A stretch of DNA of 64,000 nucleotides from Pocillopora damicornis. Taxonomy: Eukaryota. The translations under genes and the position numbers were made by a program. The notes beneath the pieces were generated by a model that was not told where the DNA came from, made no database searches, and worked only from the letters and a program-made list of their open reading frames with translations. Positions 30,426-43,178 of the stretch are shown one piece after another. Positions within the stretch are counted from its first letter, which is position 1. Each line of letters begins with the position of its first letter. Location: assembly GCF_003704095.1 (NCBI RefSeq), contig NW_020844403.1, forward strand, positions 1 through 64,000. Direction: 5' to 3'.

Positions 30426-32666
30426 GCAGGTATCATTCAGTTTACATCTGTTCATCAGAGCTAGAGATCTGGTTCATGAACACAGATCCTCTTTTAGTTA
30501 GTACAGTGGGATCCTAGGACAATGATTCCTTTTGAGTTGATTTTGGTCCCTTTAGCATGTTAAAAGCTAAGCTCTTGGAGAACTGATTCAGAAATGAAGG
30601 AGAACTGAAGGAAACATGGCCAGTATTTTTAATTATAAAATAATTCAAATAGTACACACGCTCTGATTGGCCATAAAACCATTTTACATGAGCGTATGTA
30701 AACACGGTTTTCGTTCCTCTTTCAATAGTTATTTTATAAAAGAAATGTAAAATGGTTTCCGTGTTTACATAGCCTGATGTAAACACTTGGGAGGTTGGGA
30801 GAACACTTGATAAGCTGGAAACCACTCTGCTTAGCATCATGGTTTCCTACACTTATCTCGTGTTCTCCCAACCTCGCACATGTTTACATCAGGCTATGTA
30901 AACATGGAAACCATTTTACATTTCTTCATTGTTTCATCAAATTCAGTCCCAAGTACCGGTAATGGCCAATTGAAGACAATCTTATCTCTTATGTGAAATT
31001 ACTGTCCTTTAAGGTTTCACTGCTTATTCAGGGATAATATTTTTTCACAGTTAAACTGAGTGACATTATTTTATCTGAAGTTAGTACAAAAAGCAAACCA
31101 AGACTTTTAAACCAATCTGAGTTTAAATTCTTTGCTTTGTATATAGCAAACTTGTCCTCCTGCTGGTAGGGATTTTTAAAAACATTATGTCTATTTAGAA
31201 TTTTTGTTTCCAATTTATTTTTTGTGGCCCTGAAATGCTTCATCGGGGGAAGGTCAATTAAGTACACATATAGTGTTGTACATTGTAAATGCATCCATCA
31301 CTATTGCAATCAAGAAACAGTTTAATCAAAACTCACTGTGGTGGGTCATACAATGTATGAGGTGATCTTTTCACATAAATTATACAGTTTTATGTAGAGA
31401 TGGCCCATAAAAAAAGATAGTTTTGCAACAAACTTTATTGTTATATTTCATATGCAGATTACTTAGTACAAACAAACAATAAGTATTTTTTTAATGCCAA
31501 AAAAATAACTCTTACACGTGTTCGAGACATTGCTTTTTAAAGGCCATTAAATAAAAAAAGCAGTTTACATTTACACTCTTAGTCTAATTCGTACATTTTA
31601 GCACAGTTTTCCATTTCCTGAATTATAGAAAAAANNNNNNNNNNNNNNNNNNNNNNNNNNNNNNNNNNNNNNNNNNNNNNNNNNNNNNNNNNNNNNNNNN
31701 NNNNNNNNNNNNGTTCAATATCCTTCCAAGGGGGGATATTGAAGCTTCCAATTGATCAACTCATACTTAGGATGTTGTTGGACAGCAGAGATTAAATATG
31801 TCTCCTCCTTAAGCACAGGTTCTTTGGTTGAATTTCACATTTTGCCCAGGGCTCTTTTGGAAGGAACCTCCACTTGTGGAACAAAAACAAATTGTCATTA
31901 AATTACCAAAAGTAATATTTTATGTTAAAATGTTTGGCTGTAAATAGGAAGTGAATTGGAGTGAGAAAACGCAAAACAGGTATTAGCTGTTTCAAACTGT
32001 AACTCAACATGTGTTGCTTAGGTGAATCATATAGTAGTATCTGGTATCTGTCCTCTAGGAACTCATGCAAACAAAGGAGCTATTGTCTGGGGAATAGTGG
32101 CAACCGTTCATCATGTGGGCCAAGATGGTGCCTTCCAGGAAATTCAAGAAATAAAACTGCCTGTATTTGTTCATGATCTCTTCATAATACAAGTCACTTT
32201 CATCATTTTTAGGGCAACTTGTTCTACCATAGGAAGTTTCCTTTAAAAAGGGAAGTGGAGAAAATTCTTCCAGAACTTTACAATATTCTTCTTCTACAAA
32301 TCCTGAGTATTTCCTGATAAACAACTTACTTAGATTATTGCATAGTTCCCATAAAGTACCTTGGATATCTCTAACTTCATTAGCCACTGGGGTTCATGAT
32401 AACTTTGTATAATAATTAAATCTTAACTTAGGCATTATCAGACACAAAAAAATTATTCATACTAAATCACTTAAAATTAGATGTATAACTGGTAGATATA
32501 CAAAATGTATCTATGCATGCTAATTAGGGATTCATTCCTACTACTACTATTAATAACATAATAATAATAATAATATTTCATATTTCTGAAGCACAAATAC
32601 ACATGTTGCATATGATCATATGTGCTAAAAAATACCCTAAGTATAGTTAGATACTGCTGACATTGT

Positions 32667-35600
32667 TTAGTTGCTTCCACGACCAAATATTGCCAGAAGC
32701 AACAAGAAGATGCGAATGATATCCATGTACAGAATCAAGGATGCAAAGATGTACTCCTCTGGACTCAACTCGTACTTCTTGCCACCCATCACCAGTTGCA
32801 CGTCATAGGCAAGGAACTATTGACAGACAAGTATTGAATGGTTAACCCTCTACACCCTAACATCAGTGTGCATATTCTCCTTACTGTTTCCTCTACATTT
32901 CCTAAAGTGCTGACAAGGAGAATTTATTCAACAACCAAAAGCTTGTTCAGTTGGTGATCATTTCCTTTGTTCTCATGAACTTATAATTTTAATGTGATTC
33001 TGGGTGAGACTGTAAGAAATACTTTGNNNNNNNNNNNNNNNNNNNNNNNNNNNNNNNNNNNNNNNNNNNNNNNNNNNNNNNNNNNNNNNNNNNNNNNNNN
33101 NNNNNNNNNNNNNNNNNNNNNNNNNNGGGGAAGGGAGGGGGGGGGGGTCATGCACACCCCAGGACCTCTCCTAACGACACTCTTGAATGCATGATCACAC
33201 ATACCGTTGTTGAAAGTGCCAACCAAAGGGGAGTGAAGATACTGAGAAAGAAAATGGCCAGAGCTGCACAGAAAAGCACTCCACCCCATGTGGTGAAGTC
33301 ATACTATGGAAAAAAATTTAAAAAACCATAAATGTTAAATTTTTGCCTAGACTATATTCTCAACATTCATGTTTAACTTTAAAACATGTTGCCCTTGGTT
33401 CTCGTCAACAAAATGATCTTAGTTCATTTTGTTTAGTAAAAAATAATTCACAACAAGCGACAAGACTCCATGGCTTATTTAAGAATAATTAAAAGAGAAA
33501 AAGCCAAGACATGGTGTAACATTCAAAAAAACTATTGACATAATTAGATGTTAGAGCCCCAAATTAGGGTTTCTGTTAGTATTGTAGTTGTGTAATTGCA
33601 TGCTGCAATTGCAAAATTTATTATCATCCATGAAAAAGTTAACAAAAATGTTAATTGACAGCAAGACTTACCTTGGTCTGACAGGCAAAGATCATAACAG
33701 AAGCACAGACCAGCTGAAAAACAAAGTGTTAGCTCTAAGAAATAATTTCATTAATTACATTGTACATCTGAGTATAATTATGCTTTAAGGTATACTTGAA
33801 ACAATGGTGGACTCTATTATGTTGTGTTCTTAAGCAGAACCATTTTAGCTCTCACACTGACAACAAACAAACAGGGTAACTTGAGAGGACTTCTTTGTTG
33901 GAGGAGGAGACCCTGGGCTCTTGGGGAAAGACTTTCAGTTCCCACAGTGGCCCTCTCAGACCCATATCAACAAACTGTGTGGGCATCTTAAGAACCTTTT
34001 AGTGGGAGGCCCTGAGTGGGTCATTCTTTGCATTCTTTAACAAGACTCCGAGCACTCACAATGCCTCTCTCCCCCCTAGGAACTTTTATTAACCATTTCT
34101 TTTTTACACCCTGTCATCATTGTGCATTTTCTCTACACTGTTTCCTATAAATTTCCAAAGGTGCTCATGAGGAGAATTTGTTTAACAATCAAGAGCTTAT
34201 TTAGTTGATGATCATTCCCTTAATTCTTGTGACCTTAATGTTTGATTCAGGTCAGATATTGTGGGGAGAAATTAGATGCTAGTCACTCTTATGTGATAAA
34301 GAATTAAGGGGAGGGGGGGGGTCGTCTACGGGGGACTAAACCAGCAACCTATCCATGAGGGAGCATTACTTGGATTCATGTTATCCTAGACAGACTGGCA
34401 TTGACTCTCCAATGCATTCATTTGAAAGTCTCAAAGACTTTGTCTTTCAGTTCCCTGGTATTTGTAAGGATTATCTGAAAATTTTGTTAATTAAATGTGG
34501 CATCCAAAATAACTTACAGTGGTCACTCCCATCATGATTAACACAATGTTGGTCTCATGGAAGCTGCAAGTTTGACAACACAAATGATAATCAATAATTT
34601 TTGTACAAGATTGATTAACAAGTAGAACTATAATTACATCTACAAAAACTTATTCTTTACTGAAACTGAGGCTCAAAGGTACCATGAGGGGGTATTCAAT
34701 TCAAGCAACTTGACCAGCATTGTTAATAACTTCAAAATTAATATATTCTATTTGTGGATTAAACTCTTTCATCCCACATTTCTGGGAACCCAAGTTTAAT
34801 ACAAAACATTTTCATTGGAACTATTATATCATCAAATTTAATCAGATCAAATTAATGTATTTTTTATTTGAAGGTCATAGATTAAAAAAAACACTGTAAA
34901 TTAGTAAAAAAATAACCCAATAATTCAATATCTTTATTGTGCAATGTTAACCCTTTCACTCCCAGATCAAATTTGTCATTCTCCTTACTATCAACTGTAC
35001 AGTCAATTCTTATAATGTTAGTTCAGAGAAATTAGCATTGGATCAACTAATTATCGCCAACGTGATATTTTTCTTTATTCTCATCACTTATCTGATTGAT
35101 CTTGTATTGATATTGTAAGGAGAAATTCTATCTTGATCACTCATGAGAGTTAAAGGGTTAAATGAGATGGAGCTTAGGAACTGTGAATCGGTGTAATACC
35201 TAAGATCAGAATCCTCAAAATTCTATGTATTATTTGCCTAACACTTTCACAAGAAGAGCAAAAATTGAATGCAAAGTCATAAAATATCACAAATATTGGA
35301 AAATTTCAGATTTGTAAACTCAATTTTATTCTTGAATCAAAGTTGAAATTTCCTACCTGGAAATCACTGCGACGAGGTAAGACAAAGATAATGTCTGGAA
35401 GAAAAGAAAACATTTAATATTATAATGTAAATTAATTGATGTCCAATTTATGAAAATAACTCTATGTTAACTCTTGTATCTCAAACAAGGGGCAATTTCT
35501 TGATTTTTTTTTTCATTACTTTATCATACTTACAAAGAGAGAAAGCATAATAACATTGGCTGGATAGCTCCTCCTAACAGACAGAAAAAAAACATCAAAA

Positions 35601-38600
35601 CTGTGATATATATTTATATACATAAGCTTAACAACATGACTTTATAAATGTATTAAGCACAACAGTACTTAAAACTAACTATTTTCTTAAACTCACCTTA
35701 CTCCCTCACAACAGACCAAGACAAAATACAACACAAAGAACACCACACTGAAATGAAACCAAACAGACAAGTCAGTTGGAATTCAAGATGAGAGTTTGCC
35801 TTCATTTGATATTTGATTTTACTTTATATTAAAGTTCACATGGCAACCAGGTGGACAATCAGACATGGTTTGATGCTACTCTGGTTTAAAGATTTGATGA
35901 ATGTAACCGAAGAAGTTATAGTTCATAGACCCAATGTTTCGACACTCCTGTCTAGTCCTTTCATGGAGGGTGATCTAAATGCTGCAACAAGAGGTCCTTT
36001 TATACAATCACTAATTAGCTGCCTTTTTTCTGACAAGGTGTAAATAGGCATCAGGAAGTAAGCTAACATCATCACAATTTAAATGAGCATGGGTAGAGTT
36101 AATATGCAAAGCTTCCAAACAAAGGTGCTGGTGGTAATGCTGATTAGTGGTGATAATTTTAGACTTATCCTACCCAATTGTATGGTTAGTTACGCATGTG
36201 TGCTCCAATAAAGCTGAAGTTTCTTTTTTGTGAAATAACATTGCTTTTGATGCTCTTTCAAACATGTACCAAACTGACGTTTGTATAAAAGGACCTCTTG
36301 TTGCAGTGTTTAGATTGCCCCTGATGAAGGCACTAGACAGGAGTGTTAAAGCATTGGGTCTATGAATTGTAACTTCTTCGGTTACATTTAATAAATCTGT
36401 AAACCAGAGTAGCATCAAACCATATTTTATTTTACATGTTTTTTAAGCAACAATATTGAGAATATACTTGAAACATTTACACAAAGGTGGTTAATTAAAA
36501 CACATTTACTTACTATGCAGAAGTATACATGGCCCAATTATTTTGTGCAAAATTTTTAACATTGTGACTGCAAAAGAGAACAACAATGTTTGCATAAGAA
36601 ATTCTGTAGCTGTTCATTTATTGCAAACATGTGAAATGATGACAGGAATCCCGTATATTTGATATAGTGTCAAGCAAAATTTGATTTTCTATTTGTATCT
36701 GACAAGATTACACTTTCAATATTGCCAAGGTTCACTGCTTTGCCTCTGAGATAATATTCTTGTTCCACACACAAAAAATTGATTAATCATAAATCTCTAA
36801 TCCAGGTTTACACCCTTCAACTCCCATGAGTGACCAACTGAAGACAATTATCACTAAGGGGCTTATATACTGGAAGTTGATTCGATAATAATTTCTCCAA
36901 AGAAACATCATAAGAATTGTATGGCAGAGAATAATGGAGATATTTCCTGATGAGATCTTAATATTAAAGTTTTTAATAGCCTAGACTAACCATGTTGAGT
37001 GAAAAACTGTAATAGGAGTTCATATTCAGTTCTAAAATTGTTAATTATACTACATGTTGTGAAAATGTTTAATGATGATACATTTTTAATTTCTGGTAAC
37101 TTAAATTTTTCAACTCTTTGTAATGTGTTATTAAAAGTGTATAATTTGAATGATCTGAGATCCACAACATAAAAAAGAAAACTTCTTACTTGAATATGAA
37201 CAAACAAATCGCTCCAACAGTTGTTGCTAGTTGCAGCATAAGCACAGCAAAAACCTGTCAAAGAAAAAAAAAAGATCAATTTTACAATTTAAAATCCAAA
37301 ATCACATTCAAATTTGATCTCTTTTTTTTTTTAAAACCCATTACACCCTAATATCAGTATGAATATTCTCCATACTGTTTTTATACATTTCCTAGAGTGC
37401 TGACAAAGAGAATTTGTATAACAATCAAGAGTTTCTTTAGTTGATGATCATTGCCTTTATTCTTGTGACCTTAATGTTTGACTCAGGGGTGATATTGTGG
37501 GGAGAAATTAGATGCTGGTCATCACAGTAGCCCTTGGTCCTTTCACTCACAGGTTAGAGTGTCTTGTGTAGTTATTAAAATTGTTCATCACCCTCTGAAT
37601 TTTTCTTTACAAAAATGGGACTATAGTTAGAAAATGTTTCATTTTAAGTCTGGAATTTTTTAGAGGTACAACAATAATTCAAAACAGTAGCAGACATGAA
37701 TGATGCACTTGACACAATTTTAACTCTCCCTATAAACCACTTGATAGCTTACAGTCTTTGCAAGTTTTTATAAATCACATACACTTTCTTATACATGTTG
37801 TTACCAAATTCATGGGCATTTTGTCTGAAAATTTTCAAAATTTCCAATAATGAGAGATGCTACAACTTATGAGCTGCTAAAAAATAATGAACTGTGTGTG
37901 TACTCACCCGTCTGATAAATCCTGTGCATGACACAAGCCATATCCAGTGAAAGAAAAAAATTTTTAATTAATACACAAGACTTATCTTAGTATAAAAAAT
38001 ATAAGGATATAATTGCTTTAAAAGGAGTACATTCACTGTGCTTAAGTTAAAACAATGTCAATTCTATGACTTCAGTTATTATAATATTAATTTTATTCAA
38101 TAGTTATTCATTTATTACAATTTTTGTCTGAACATACTCATTTATTCCCAAATACATCCCACAATAACTTTTTACCTACTGGGCCATTTTCTTCAAGCAT
38201 ATTCTTTGTGCTAAGTAATTCTAGATCTAATAATATTATCATTAACCCTTTAACTCCCAAGATCTCATTAGCAATTCTCCGTACTGTCTGTCATACATTT
38301 CTTATGATGTAAATTTGGAGAATTTGGTATTGGATCAATTAATAATCCCTTCATTGATATTTTACTTTATTCTCATCACTTTTAAGCTTGATATTTTATT
38401 GATATTGTAAGGAGAAATTCTCTCTTAGTCACTCATGGGAGGTAAAGGGTTAACTCAAAAACTAATCGACATCAGAACACGTGTTTGCCAATTGGTATGG
38501 TGTTGCCCTAATTATAATGGACTCAACTGAAACTAGTTTCAGTTATACTAGTTTTAATTGTAAACTTGATTTCTAACAAATGAAATATAAATGATAATAA

Positions 38601-39567
38601 GTTAAACTTTATTATGCCAATCAATGTAAGAATTATGTACGACAATTTTTTCGCCACACGCCTAAACACATGACTATGCTTAGTAATAAATTACTGTAAC
38701 ATGCCAATTGTCCAATATTCTGGGAGTTATTCCTACACATCTACATGAACATCGGGTACATGATGTGAATTAATCAATTCATAATTCTGAAATCGACGAT
38801 TTTACTAAAATGATAGGAACAAAAAACAATGAACTACATCACCAAATTTAAATCGACAGCAATATATTAATATTGCCTTATGTGCCTCTGATATAAGCTT
38901 GTTTACATTATATTTTGACCGATGTTTTGCAACAAATCGTATTTTAAACCAAAGAGTGAATGGCAAATTTTGAAACGACAGTCATGTATACTCTTTATGA
39001 TAAGATGAAATCCAAATTAACTGAGGGGAAACTAGAGCACAAATTTCACTTTCGAGTACCGTAACAATACATGACGTTATGAGTAATATTTAGAAGGAAG
39101 CTGAGACGTGGTTCGGTTGAACGAAATACTGTTAGAGATATCGGTCATAAAAAAGAAATAAGTAAATAAACCTTACCAAGCCTTATGGATTTGTCATTAA
39201 AACTGATGATCTCAGAGAAGTGCGATGCATCTGTTTGCCCATATTCTACGTCAGGGTACGATGAAGGGTAAGTCGGGTAGCTTGTCATTGGAGCTGCTGG
39301 AAATGGTTGCGATTGATACGAGGAATTCCCGGGCGTTTTCTCTGATTTTCCACCACCGACAGCCGATTCATAAGACGGTGGAGGAGCTGTAGCGGGGTAA
39401 GGTGCATTGTAAGGCACTGTTTCAACCGGCGGGGGATAAGCAGCTTGGTTAGAAGGCGGAGGGTAGCCAACGGCAGAAGAGCCATAGTTGAACATGGCAG
39501 GGGGATATTGACTCGTTGGTTGCTGATTAGGGTATGGCGGTTGATTCCCCGATGGATTTGTCGACAT
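32667..39567 (-). CDS. Protein lifeguard (TMBIM/BI-1 family, GRINA/FAIM2-like)
   Basis: Pro/Tyr-rich N-terminus (PPSYESA), SIRLGFIRRVF, KYDFT, FLAYD...SPEEYIFASLILYMDII. Exons 39567-39177, 37921-37908, 37254-37190, 36567-36514, 35747-35697, 35573-35534, 35394-35357, 34563-34518, 33713-33672, 33303-33205, a probable exon in gap 33027-33126, and 32816-32667. Confidence 0.92.
34947..35161. mobile_element. piggyBac-like MITE (TTAA|CCC...GGG|TTAA)
   Basis: Starts ttaaccctttcactc and ends gagttaaagggttaa, with TTAA on both sides. Confidence 0.8.
35829..36423. repeat. Two inverted copies of the ~230 bp repeat inside a Lifeguard intron
   Basis: ~35829-36055 forward and ~36283-36423 reverse; same family as 23745-23975. 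Confidence 0.8.
38242..38453. mobile_element. piggyBac-like MITE (TTAA|CCC...GGG|TTAA)
   Basis: ttaaccctttaactccc ... gggaggtaaagggttaa. Further partial copies at ~28975, 29519, 32842, 34088, 36806 and 37335. Confidence 0.8.
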
Positions 39568-39670
39568 AGTCGCTTCCCTGGTCAGTAACTTTAACACGAT
39601 TACGAAACAGATGGATGAAGCTTCGAAGAATATGAACGTAAAGAAGAAATGTGCTTAGCACCACACGTTA

Positions 39671-39753
39671 TTACGTAAAGGCCACAGCTGCTTCCAGTTG
39701 GTCCTCTATCGTTCAGATCGTGACAAACGTCACGTGACTCAAAATGACGTCAT
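39671..39753. promoter_or_regulatory. Lifeguard proximal promoter motif cluster (TTACGTAA, CLEAR-type GTCACGTGAC, AP-1, CRE)
   Basis: TTACGTAA 39671-39678, GTCACGTGAC 39729-39738, TGACTCA 39735-39741 and TGACGTCA 39745-39752, lying 100-190 bp upstream of the ATG. Confidence 0.6.
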
Positions 39754-39939
39754 GTACGTCAACATCAAGGAGAAAGATTGAGTTCATTCCTACTGATCGA
39801 CAGTACGGCGACTTCCTGTTTCAAAATTTTTTCCTCTTTTGCTTGACAAGGAGGATTCTTAGAAATCGGCTTCAAATGTCGTCCGATTTGTCACGAGGTA
39901 TCGTCCGTTCAGATATCCCCTTCAGATCTTCAACTGACC

Positions 39940-40265
39940 TCATTAATTCACACCTTTCTCTTTTTCCAAATTCTTAACAATGTCGCACCCTATGTTCTGA
40001 TGAGTGTTTTAGCACCTTACATAACGTTTCCACAACTCTCCAATCTAAAATCAAAGAAGCTATTCGCATTCGATGGGAGCAACCTACACTAAATCATCAA
40101 CTTTATTATGTTAATTTAAAACTTTGCTGTAATAATATCTTATTATTGTTTGTTTTTTTTCAATGAGCATTTTGTTATACACTTTAAATTCAACTTTGTA
40201 ATTTATGTAAATCAGAACTGAAGATGACAGAGGAACTTTCGAAAAATGTTTTTAAAAAATGTCGT
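39940..40265 (+). mobile_element. Penelope-like retroelement 3' remnant (GIY-YIG C-terminus)
   Basis: Translates CSDECFSTLHNVSTTLQSKIKEAIRIRWEQPTLNHQLYYVNLKL, the typical PLE endonuclease end, followed by ctgaagatgac...cgaaa. Confidence 0.7.
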
Positions 40266-41711
40266 ATATTTTCTTAAATTCGTGACGTATCTGCTGCCGG
40301 AGTCCAAACGTTTCTCTTTCTACTTTCTCATATAGCTGACCGTAGTAGATACAGGACCATTGTCATATTCGAACGTAGAATATGGGTTTTTTCCACCAAC
40401 AGGTTCTCTGTAGCTAGTGCTTAGGGCGGCGGATCGCAACGTCGAGGTTGTTTGCTTGGCAAACTCAATTTTTCCTCTCTCTTACCGATTGCAAAAAACC
40501 AATGGAATCTTTCTTTGTTCAACGACCTGGCAAATAGGACTTTCGTTCTTATTCTGGTATGAAAAAAGTTTTTTTTTTTACTGAAGAAGGACGTTGCAGT
40601 AAGTACAACATACAGAAACTTTTGTTATTTAGATGGCTTCCATCAAAACAGACTTAGCTAGAGGGAAATCACAATCTAACAAGTTTTCCTTGACAAAAAC
40701 CCCACACAAGTATTTGTTTTCAAATGAATTAAGTAAAATTGTTTTCGTTCATGACTTTAAATACAATTGTAGGGGGAAATGAGCCACACATTCGTCCGTA
40801 ATTCTTCAGAACGGCCATAACTGCCTTGAACTATCCGATAAACCATTTCTCCTGAAATGATCTATCCGGGTAGATTTTTATTAAGAGAGGGTAAAACAAG
40901 ACAGTTTGACCAATGAACTAGTGGCATTCTGTGCTAAAAATCTACCGAGTGATCATGAAACAACTTAGAAGAGTACAAAGCATGAATATTAATCGCAAAA
41001 CATTTATCATCTACAGTTAAAAATTTATAAAAAAAATTAATTCAAAACAGATAGATATCTCTATTCACAACACTATGCTAAAAAATGTTTTTTTCATGGC
41101 TGAACTAGAGGATTTATAGCGTCCTTACGTATTTCTAGAGGAATTCCATTCCACAGCCTGAGCTTTGTCCCATGAACTTGAAAGATCCTGCCTCCTTCCG
41201 TTTCTTTGAAGACTGAAGATCAACTGAGGATATTTCGTTTCATTCCTTGATAGGCATCTTAGAACTAAAAGCCTGAGCTAAACCGAGCAGACAGAACAAT
41301 ATACAGAAACTTATCACCAACACCTAATTCCCGTTGCAACAGTATATGGGTAAACTTATTACAGAAATTACCTTCTGTAGGTGTTTATGTTTACAGACGT
41401 TTGTAGCATGATACTAGGTAATCTACATGAGTTTCTGAATACTACACTTTCTCAGATGAAACAAACCTGATCTTTCGAAAATTGATGCGATTATGAAATA
41501 TATATATGGAGCTATGGCTAACAAATATTTTCTCTGTGCAGTTTGAGATTTAATGGTCGCCTCTGTAGAGCTATAATCACTAACATCTACATTTCAAAAT
41601 GGCTACGTAACTTCGTTAATTACGTTGCCATCAAACAAATAAAAAGGTAACTGCCTTTTCCTACTGTTTATTCAATCCTCTGTATGATCTTTCTGTAAGT
41701 CAGTTCCTTCG

Positions 41712-42911
41712 CTAATAATAAGATCTTATCGCTCCTATGATGGAGACCACTGCTTGAGCAAAATCTTGGAAAACTTTTTTCCATTGTAAGGCCTCAGTTC
41801 CACCACCACTTCTATCACCATTGTCATCACCGACACTGTCACTGTTATCATCGATGTCCACGTCAATGTCGGCATCAAGGTCAACGTCAAAATGATTATC
41901 AACGTTACCGTCACTGTCAGTGTCACCTGGTCCAATTCCAAAACCAATATCAAAACCAACTGGTACACCAACAACAGTAGCAATATCAACACTAACACCA
42001 TGGCCTGCACCAGCTTGAGCGCTAGCACCAACATTAGCACCAACATTAGCACCAGCACCGGCACCAGTACCAGCACCAGTACCGGCACCAGCACCAGAGC
42101 TAGCACCAGCACCAGACCTAGCACCCTGTCGTCCCTTTCAGAGTGAAGCAGTGGTAATCTGCTCGGGAAGGTCTTACTCACTTGTCCCTCTTTTATATCT
42201 CTAAATTCCATTTTACTACTGCTTTCTTGATAATAGACAGAATACACAGACTTGCCTCGGTTTGGTTGTGGTGGTGATGAGGCTTGAACAAGTGGCGATG
42301 CAACCTTGTAAATTATATCAAGGTTATCCTTCTCTCTCTTATCCCAAGAACTGTACGAATCTTCTTGTCTTCTTTATTCATACGGAACTCCCAGCTTCAC
42401 GAAAGCAAAAGCTTTGTTTTAAAATTTACATCATCTCCCGCCGGTGGGAACGCCATTCCCTTCTGAATTGGAAATACGTACTCTGCAGCCGGTTAATCGG
42501 GAGTTTGAACGTGACGGGTAACATTATATCTTGCATTTCGGATGAAGTTATGAATACTTTTGTTTTGTTCAGGGCCGTCTTGGAGGTTGTGAGCCTCCGT
42601 CATGACCCAGCCGTTACCGAACAGAAATCCAGTGTCTATATATTTATTGTCTTGTTCATCTTCCATTTCGATACGGCAGACAACGTTTTTATATTTCTTA
42701 TGTTCCTCCATTCGGCTCTGAAATTGGATAAATGAATAGGTGTATTCTTGATCACGTCTCTTCGGCGGCTACAAATATCCAAGATGTCAAGAAAACATTT
42801 TTCAAGCTTTTCTTTGCTTTGCACGACTGAGAGGATTTGCAGACCGTAAGTCGAGACACAGGCGGCCCAAGCTCCAGCTGTGTGATGATCATCTTGCGAA
42901 AGAAGAGTCAT
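41712..42911 (-). pseudogene. Intronless trypsin-like (Trypsin_2-type) serine protease pseudogene with Gly/Ala- and Asp-rich expansions
   Basis: VVCRIE...TGFLFGNGWVMTEAHNL (His motif), AFVKLG (strand after the Asp) and GRQGARSG (Ser-motif-like) lie in different frames. At least three frame changes and an in-frame stop. Confidence 0.65.
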
Positions 42912-43010
42912 GGCAAAATTATAAGAGTTTGTATGGGAATGTTTACGACCGCCCTTAGGAATAAAAAGAAATCAGCCAAATTCTCAATAAAAATACCACA
43001 TTCTACTTCA

Positions 43011-43178
43011 AGTGTATCGCTTGCTATCTGACCGCTTACTATGTTGAAAAGAGCCCATTTTAGCGAGTTATCCACTACGTACATAAGAGTAGCTGTACGT
43101 AGTAAACCTAGAGATGGATAACTCGCTAAAGTGGGTTCTTTTCAACATAGTAAGCGGTCAGATAACAAGCGATGCACT
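43011..43178. repeat. Long inverted repeat / hairpin
   Basis: 43025-43074 pairs with 43115-43164 (48/50 Watson-Crick) and extends ~14 bp outward. Inner stem ctacgtac/gtacgtag. Confidence 0.9.

Noticed and set aside
41735-42247. 170-aa Leu/Val-rich ORF resembling a membrane protein (and the Ser/Thr-rich ORF on the opposite strand)
   Set aside because: Alternative readings of a hexamer repeat. The Gly/Ala/Asp frame fits the protease relic better.
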